From an uncultured Bacteroidales bacterium (GTDB lineage: Bacteria; Bacteroidota; Bacteroidia; Bacteroidales; UBA10428), in contig CAVQXX010000012.1 in NCBI GenBank assembly GCA_963717995.1, positions 774,371 through 838,370 of the forward strand: a stretch of DNA of 64,000 nt, read 5' to 3'. Numbering within the stretch: the first letter of the stretch is position 1; each line of letters opens with the position of its first letter. This document shows, piece after piece, positions 58,119-64,000 of the stretch. The notes beneath the pieces are model-generated. The model saw only the letters and a program-made list of their open reading frames with translations. It ran no database searches and had not been told where the DNA came from. A program made the position numbers and the translations under genes.

Positions 58119-58805
58119 TGAAGGATCATGAGGATTAAAAGATGTCCATAACGTATCTTCCGGCGGAGTATCAGCAGTGATGACCTTTTCTTCTTTGGAT
58201 ACCGGATGGATAAACCTTATTTCCCGGGCATGAAGGCTGATGCCTCCATCCGCATTGGAACGGGGAAAACCATATTTCAGGTCCCCCTTGATCGGGCAGC
58301 CTATAAAGGACAACTGCGACCTTATCTGGTGGTGTCTTCCTGTTTCAAGATTAATTTCTAACAAAAAGTAATTGTCCGATTTTCCGATAATACGGTAGCT
58401 TAAAGCCGCTTCCTTTGAATCGGGTTTGGCTGTTTCGCTGCTATAAGATTTGTTCTGTTTTGTATTCCGGACAATATAGTGGACCAGCCTGTCAGAATCC
58501 TTAGGTGGCCGGTTTTTTACGATAGCCCAATAGGTTTTTTTCATTTCTCCGTCCCGAAACATTTTCGAAAGACGGCTAAGTGATTTGCTGGTGCGTGCGA
58601 ATAACACAACCCCGGTTACAGGCCTGTCGAGCCGGTGAACAACGCCCAGGAATACCTCACCTGGTTTATTGTATTTATCCTTTACATATTGCTTTATCTT
58701 GTTATCAAGTGACAGATCACCTGTAACATCCTTCTGAACCAGGTCATGTTGCGTTTTATTCACAGCAATGATATGGTTGTCTTCGTAAATTATCCTAAGA
58801 TCCAA
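58098..58805 (-). CDS. RluA-family pseudouridine synthase
   Basis: IIYEDNHIIAVNK, catalytic HRLDRPVTGVVLFART. Its 3' end overlaps the GntP gene by 21 nt (convergent). The tracked start is TTG. Confidence 0.85.
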   Translation of the reverse strand: MDLRIIYEDNHIIAVNKTQHDLVQKDVTGDLSLDNKIKQYVKDKYNKPGEVFLGVVHRLDRPVTGVVLFARTSKSLSRLSKMFRDGEMKKTYWAIVKNRPPKDSDRLVHYIVRNTKQNKSYSSETAKPDSKEAALSYRIIGKSDNYFLLEINLETGRHHQIRSQLSFIGCPIKGDLKYGFPRSNADGGISLHAREIRFIHPVSKEEKVITADTPPEDTLWTSFNPHDPSLKQEKR

Positions 58806-58963
58806 TGTGCTAATATGCTAATGTGCTAATGTGCTAATGTGCTTAATAAGTCATGCAGTCATGCAGTCATGCAGTCTATTTCTCCAAAGAAGTATCTCCT
58901 TACTCCTTACTCCTTACTACGGGATTTTTCTTCCTAGTCCCTAGTCCCCAGTCCCTCGTCCCT
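58804..58963. repeat. intergenic spacer built largely from four different short tandem arrays
   Basis: (AATGTGCT)x5 at 58804-58843; (TCATGCAG)x3 at 58851-58876; (CTCCTTA)x3 at 58896-58916; (CTAGTCC-like, GGGACNN on the minus strand)x4 at 58934-58963. Confidence 0.9.
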
Positions 58964-59783
58964 AATACTGCTCCTTCTCATTCGGGAATTCAAGATTCTT
59001 TATGTCATCCACATAATTGGAGACAGCTTTTGTTATTTCCTGATACAAATTATGGTAACGTCTCAGAAAACGCGGGGAAAAATCCTGGGTGATACCCAGC
59101 ATATCATGCAGAACCAGCACCTGACCATCCACATGGCGCCCGGCCCCAATTCCGATAATGGGGATTTTTATTTCCTGGGCAACCTGTGCTCCAAGTCTTG
59201 CCGGAATTTTTTCAAGTACAATCGAGAAACATCCTGTTTCTTCAAGACAATGTGCATCTTCAACCAATTTTCCTGCTTCCTCATCGTCCCTGGCTCTCAC
59301 TACAAATGTTCCGAATTTATGTATCGATTGGGGGGTGAGACCCAAATGCCCCATTACGGGGATGCCGGCGGACAGAATACGGGTGATGGATTCCTGAATT
59401 TCCCTGCCACCTTCAAGCTTGACTGAACTGGCACCTGTTTCTTTCATGATGCGGATGGCTGAATTGAGGGCCTCCTTTGAATTACCCTGGTATGATCCGA
59501 AAGGCATGTCTACAATGACAAGTGCCCTTTCCACTGCCCGCACTACGGAGGCGGCATGGTAAATCATTTCATCCAGCGTAATGGGAATGGTCGTTTCATG
59601 GCCGGCCATTACATTGGAGGCTGAATCACCTACAAGGATCACATCAATTCCGGCTCTGTCAATGATCTTGGCCATTGAATAGTCATAAGCTGTCAACATG
59701 GAGATTTTTTCACCCCTGGATTTCATTTCCTGCAATACATGGGTGGTAATTCTTTTTGGCTTTTCGGCTGATGCAACTGACAT
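58962..59783 (-). CDS. panB: 3-methyl-2-oxobutanoate hydroxymethyltransferase
   Basis: [37 protein letters not shown] and [10 protein letters not shown]. The likely start MSVASAEK is at 59783 (273 aa) rather than the tracked upstream Met. Confidence 0.9.
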   Translation of the reverse strand: MSVASAEKPKRITTHVLQEMKSRGEKISMLTAYDYSMAKIIDRAGIDVILVGDSASNVMAGHETTIPITLDEMIYHAASVVRAVERALVIVDMPFGSYQGNSKEALNSAIRIMKETGASSVKLEGGREIQESITRILSAGIPVMGHLGLTPQSIHKFGTFVVRARDDEEAGKLVEDAHCLEETGCFSIVLEKIPARLGAQVAQEIKIPIIGIGAGRHVDGQVLVLHDMLGITQDFSPRFLRRYHNLYQEITKAVSNYVDDIKNLEFPNEKEQY

Positions 59784-60050
59784 GACAATGTAAATTAGGT
59801 TAGTGGATGCAAAGGTTATAAATAAACACGGATTAATCAATATGGCAGTCATTCAAACCGGTATGTGACACCAATAAAAAAAATGACAGATTTCGCATAT
59901 TTTAACTGTCGTTTTGTCATTGCCGGGAGAAATGGGCGAGACAGTTGCCTATTTATAGAAGGCAATTATGTCATAGGATTGAATTGGCATAATCCTTGAC
60001 TATCATCTTGGCAATAAAAGATGAATATTAACCAACTTAATAAAAATAGC

Positions 60051-61976
60051 ATGAGCAAAATAATAGGAATTGATCTGGGGACGACCAATTCATGCGTTGC
60101 AGTAATGGAAGGTAATGAACCGGTTGTAATTCCCAACAGTGAAGGTAAGCGTACAACTCCTTCAATGGTGGCTTTTTTGGATAATGGTGAGCGCAAAGTT
60201 GGAGATCCGGCCAAACGCCAGGCTATTACCAATCCCACTAAAACTGTTTCTTCCATAAAACGTTTCATGGGAGAAACATTTGATAAAGTCACAAAAGAAA
60301 TTAATCGTGTACCCTATAAGGTAATCAAGGGTGACAATAATACACCGCGTGTCATGATTGATGACCGCAAATTTACCCCGCAGGAGATTTCAGCGTTGAT
60401 CCTGCAGAAGATGAAAAAAACTGCCGAGGACTACCTGGGTCATGAAGTGACCGAGGCTGTTATTACGGTTCCGGCCTATTTCAGCGATTCACAGCGCCAG
60501 GCTACAAAGGAAGCCGGTGAGATCGCAGGTTTGAAAGTTAGAAGGATTATCAATGAACCAACAGCTGCTTCCCTGGCATATGGCCTCGACAAGAAGCATC
60601 ACGATATGAAAATTGCCGTGTATGACCTGGGTGGTGGTACATTTGATATCAGCATCCTTGAACTGGGCGATGGCGTGTTTGAGGTAAAATCCACCAATGG
60701 AGATACCCATCTTGGTGGTGATGATTTTGACCAGTGTATTATTGATTGGCTGGCAGAAGAATTCAAGAAAGACGAAGGAATTGACCTGAAGCGCGATCCG
60801 ATGGCTCTGCAGAGACTAAAGGAAGCTGCTGAAAAGGCAAAGATCGAACTCTCCAGTTCATCGCAGACTGAGATCAACCTGCCCTATATTATGCCGGTTG
60901 ACGGGATACCCAAGCATCTTGTTAAAACGCTTACCCGTGCCAAATTTGAAAGTCTGATTGACACGCTGGTTCAGGCAACTGTTGAACCTTGCCGTAAGGC
61001 ATTGAAAGACGCTGGACTGAATGCATCAGATATCAGTGAAGTTATTCTGGTAGGTGGTTCAACGCGTATTCCGGTTATCCAGGATGTGGTTGAGAAGTTT
61101 TTCAACCGCAAACCTTCCAAGGGCGTAAACCCCGATGAAGTGGTTGCAGTAGGTGCTGCCATCCAGGGCGGAGTTTTAACTGGTGAAGTAAAGGATATCC
61201 TGTTGCTCGATGTTACACCACTTTCACTGGGTATTGAAACCATGGGCGGTGTGGCAACCAGGTTGATCGAATCCAACACGACAATCCCTTCCAAGAAATC
61301 GGAAACCTTCACAACGGCTTCAGATAATCAGCCTTCTGTTGAGATACATGTTCTACAGGGAGAACGTCCTATGGCAGCCGACAACAAGACCATCGGCCGT
61401 TTCCATCTTGATGGCATCCCGCCTGCACCCAGGGGCATACCTCAGATTGAAGTAAGTTTCGACATAGATGCCAATGGTATTCTCCACGTATCCGCCAAGG
61501 ATAAGGGAACCGGAAAGCAGCAGAGTATACGTATTGAAGCATCATCAGGACTGACGAGCGATGAAATCGAAAAGATGAAACGCGAAGCCAAGGAAAATGA
61601 AGCAAGGGATAAGGAGCAGCGTGAACGCGTTGACAAGATGAATGCAGCAGACAGTCTTATTTTCCAGACGGAAAAACAGCTGAAGGAATTTGGTGACAAG
61701 CTTCCTGCCGATAAGAAAGGCCCGATTGAACAGGCACTCACAAAGCTGAAAGATGCTCACAAGAGCCAGGACCTGGCTTCGGTGGAGAAAGCAACGGCTG
61801 AATTGAATACCGTTTGGCAGGCCGCTTCAGAGGAATTATATAAAAATAGCCAGCAGCAAGGTCAACAGGGTCCGTCTGGCGAACAGACTGCTGATGCAGG
61901 TCCATCAGCCGGTCCTCAATCTGATCCGAAAAAAGATGACCAGGTTACTGATGTGGATTTTGAAGAGGTGAAGTAA
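60051..61976 (+). CDS. dnaK: molecular chaperone DnaK (Hsp70)
   Basis: [43 protein letters not shown]-terminal ..DVDFEEVK. Confidence 0.97.
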   Translation: MSKIIGIDLGTTNSCVAVMEGNEPVVIPNSEGKRTTPSMVAFLDNGERKVGDPAKRQAITNPTKTVSSIKRFMGETFDKVTKEINRVPYKVIKGDNNTPRVMIDDRKFTPQEISALILQKMKKTAEDYLGHEVTEAVITVPAYFSDSQRQATKEAGEIAGLKVRRIINEPTAASLAYGLDKKHHDMKIAVYDLGGGTFDISILELGDGVFEVKSTNGDTHLGGDDFDQCIIDWLAEEFKKDEGIDLKRDPMALQRLKEAAEKAKIELSSSSQTEINLPYIMPVDGIPKHLVKTLTRAKFESLIDTLVQATVEPCRKALKDAGLNASDISEVILVGGSTRIPVIQDVVEKFFNRKPSKGVNPDEVVAVGAAIQGGVLTGEVKDILLLDVTPLSLGIETMGGVATRLIESNTTIPSKKSETFTTASDNQPSVEIHVLQGERPMAADNKTIGRFHLDGIPPAPRGIPQIEVSFDIDANGILHVSAKDKGTGKQQSIRIEASSGLTSDEIEKMKREAKENEARDKEQRERVDKMNAADSLIFQTEKQLKEFGDKLPADKKGPIEQALTKLKDAHKSQDLASVEKATAELNTVWQAASEELYKNSQQQGQQGPSGEQTADAGPSAGPQSDPKKDDQVTDVDFEEVK

Positions 61977-61979
61977 ATA

Positions 61980-62007
61980 GGGACAAGGGACGAGGGACAA
62001 GGGACAA
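61980..62007. repeat. heptamer repeat (GGGACRA)x4 starting 4 nt after the dnaK stop codon
   Basis: GGGACAAGGGACGAGGGACAAGGGACAA. It fits the G3-N4-G3-N4-G3-N4-G3 pattern. Confidence 0.9.
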
Positions 62008-62044
62008 TTCACTGGTTCAAAATTATAATGGAAATAGATAAGTA

Positions 62045-62080
62045 AAGCCCCAGCGGTTATCAAAACTGCTGGGGCTTTTT
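62045..62080 (+). terminator. intrinsic terminator of dnaK
   Basis: AAGCCCCAGC-13 nt-GCTGGGGCTT followed by TTT. Confidence 0.8.
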
Positions 62081-62121
62081 AATTGCCATTTCTTCTTATA
62101 TTTATTCGAAAATTTGCCTTT

Positions 62122-63601
62122 ATGAAGTATTTGATGATTATTAGCCTTGTATGGCTTACAAACGCTGCATGCTTTTCCCAGAGCCAGCCACCTCAAATCG
62201 AAAGCTGGATTACCAATCCGGATCGTTCCATGTTGTTTACCCGTCAGACTGATCTTGTCACATTCACCGATAAAAATTCCGGACGTGGAACGGCTATTGT
62301 TATTGATGACACACATCAATTACAACCCATCGATGGTTTCGGATTTGCCTTAACAGGTGGGAGTGCCGAACTTTTAATGAAGATGGAACCTGCAGCGCGC
62401 AAAACAATCTTAAACGAGTTGTTTGCCACAACCGGTATAAGTATTGGAGTTAGTTACCTGCGTTTGAGCATTGGGGCTTCCGACCTGAATAGCTTTGTCT
62501 TTTCGTACGATGATCTGGCCCAGGGCGAAACCGATACTGATTTGAAGAAATTCAGCCTGGCCCAGGATCTGAAAGACATAATTCCGGTTATGAAAGAAAT
62601 CCTATCGATCAATCCGGATATACTTATTTTGGGTTCGCCGTGGTCGGCTCCGGCATGGATGAAAACCCAGTTCGACGTTCGCGGCGGAAAACTTAATAAA
62701 GAATATTATCCGGTTTATGCCCGCTATTTTGTGAAATACATTCAGGAAATGGGTAAACAGGGAATCCGTATTGATGCGATCACTGTTCAGAACGAACCGC
62801 TAAATTCCCGCAATACCCCGAGTATGCCTTGGTCTGAACAGGATCAGGCTGAATTCATAAAATTGCATTTGGGCCCTGCATTCGATCAGAATGGCATAAA
62901 AACCAAGATCATACTTTTCGATCACAATACCGATCGTCCCGACTATCCTTTATGGGCATTGAGCGATCCGGAAGTAGCAAAATATGTCGATGGAACCGGA
63001 TTCCATAATTATGTTGGCGACATGCAGGGAATGAGCCTTGTACATTTGGCGCGTCCCGATAAAAATTTGTATTTCACCGAACAAATGGTAACCGAACGTC
63101 CGGGAGGAACCGAGATAAATATTACCAATCCGGTAAAACGACTTATTTTGGGAGCAACCCAGAACTGGAGCAGAAATGTGATTTTATGGAACCTTGCTGC
63201 CGATCCGTTGAACGATCCACACACCGATAATGGTGGCTGTTCAATGTGTCAGGGAGCCATTACCATTGACGGAAACGCAGGTTCTCCGGAATCTGGCTTA
63301 TTATACCATAGCTCATGCCTCCAAATTTGTTCGTCCGGGTTCGGTTCGGATTACTTCAACCACTCGTGGCGATAAAACGGTTAATCTTTACGAAGACGAA
63401 CAAAGGCCCGGAGCATACCGCGCAGCTTTAAACGAGAATACTGATGTTTTGCCCAATGTCGCATTTAAAACACCGGAAGGGAAAATTGTGCTGATTGTTG
63501 TGAACGATACCTGGTTAGCCAACTCATTTAAAATTCAGTATAAAGGGCAGTTTGCTAATCTGAAACTGAATCCTGGTGCTGTCGGAACATTTGTCTGGTA
63601 A
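62122..63601 (+). pseudogene. GH30-family glycosidase gene with one frame interruption
   Basis: Signal MKYLMIISLVWLTNAACFSQ. IDGFGFALTGGSAELL, GSPWSAPAWMK, ITVQNEP. ORFs 62083..63375 and 63230..63601 join near 63277 (..GAITIDGN/..QVLRNLAYYTIAHASKFVRPGSVRI). Confidence 0.7.
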
Positions 63602-63662
63602 TTCTTGCAGTTACTATGTCTGATGTTCATTTAATAAGCTTATTAAATTCTATGTTTTTCGT

Positions 63663-64000
63663 ATGAAAAAATATGCTTTGCTGGTGGTTTGTTTAATCAC
63701 TCTCGTCTTTGTTGGCGTTTATTGTCAGAATAACCCGGCTGGTTTCAGTACTTCAGGATGGTGGAAACCTGCCGGTCCAAAGTTCTCTCCGGTGGTAAAT
63801 GCCGATCGGACGATTACTTTCCGGCTCAAGGCACCTGATGCCAAAAAAGTTTCGTTGCTTTTTGATGAATGGGATGTTATTGACCGACCGATGAAAATAG
63901 ATTCTGAAGGTGTTTGGAGCATTACCATTGGGCCGGTTAAACCACGTTTGTACCAGTATGTATTTTTAGTTGACGGCGTGAAGATGGTGGATATGGCTAA
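63663..64000 (+). CDS. 5' part of a secreted esterase-type protein (N-terminal Ig-like/CBM48-like domain); continues beyond the window
   Basis: Not in the ORF track because there is no stop in the window. MKKYALLVVCLITLVFVGVYCQ signal. TITFRLKAPDAKKVSLLFDEW..MKIDSEGVWSITIGPVKPRLYQYVFLVDGVKMVD matches the N-terminal domain of CE1-type and enterochelin-esterase-like proteins. Confidence 0.5.
   Translation, partial: MKKYALLVVCLITLVFVGVYCQNNPAGFSTSGWWKPAGPKFSPVVNADRTITFRLKAPDAKKVSLLFDEWDVIDRPMKIDSEGVWSITIGPVKPRLYQYVFLVDGVKMVDMA

Noticed and set aside
59784-60050. Upstream extensions of the panB (to 59852) and dnaK (from 60021) ORFs
   Set aside because: The conserved N-termini of both families begin at the internal Met codons (59783 and 60051). 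The extensions have no family-like sequence.
59853-60050. CIRCE or sigma32-type heat-shock control elements upstream of dnaK
   Set aside because: There is no TTAGCACTC-N9-GAGTGCTAA match. The TGGCATAATCCTTGA and AATGACA..TGTCATT motifs do not fit known consensus sequences well enough.
1-64000. A mobile genetic element or genomic island bounding the glycan locus or the rSAM operon
   Set aside because: No integrase, transposase, tRNA attachment site or long direct repeats were found in the window. The only dispersed repeat is the small inverted-repeat element.

Overview
This 64-kb window looks like a Bacteroidota-type (FCB group) genome. The evidence is T9SS C-terminal sorting domains, lipoprotein signals, TAnnTTTG-like promoter boxes and a typical DnaK. 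Bases 1 to about 45.4 kb form a large polysaccharide-utilisation-like locus with no SusD gene. It encodes GH43-C, GH51-like, GH106-like, GH28-like and beta-propeller hydrolases, two GH127 copies and four Cys-type S1 sulfatases. It also holds three paralogues of an uncharacterised TIM-barrel-like hydrolase family and a giant CotH/LTD protein. A tandemly duplicated module pairs a TonB-dependent receptor with a T9SS-sorted beta-helix protein, one copy carrying FAS1 and the other a CBM-like domain; both copies share upstream blocks and terminators. I count about 17 reading-frame disruptions in this locus, 12 of them between 40.6 and 44.6 kb. The most unusual unit is a minus-strand operon at 45.5-49.7 kb. 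It comprises a short ArsM-like Cys-rich SAM methyltransferase, an unannotated 32-aa Cys-containing ORF, a radical SAM/SPASM enzyme with a ~90-aa N-terminal extension, a Trx::TrxR fusion and a YceI-like protein. A sigma54 two-component pair and a divergent MFP/ABC-ATPase/TolC module without a permease gene lie next to it. Bases 56.8-64 kb carry housekeeping genes (GntP-type permease, RluA-like, panB, dnaK), a frameshifted GH30 gene and a partial esterase. Many intergenic regions contain 7-8-nt tandem repeats that start at or just after stop codons. Three of these arrays fit the G-quadruplex pattern on the sense strand. An inverted-repeat element also occurs twice. I recognised no rRNA, tRNA, CRISPR array, transposase or integrase. 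All family calls are by eye, with no searches run. Hand-derived coordinates of non-coding motifs may be off by 1-2 nt.
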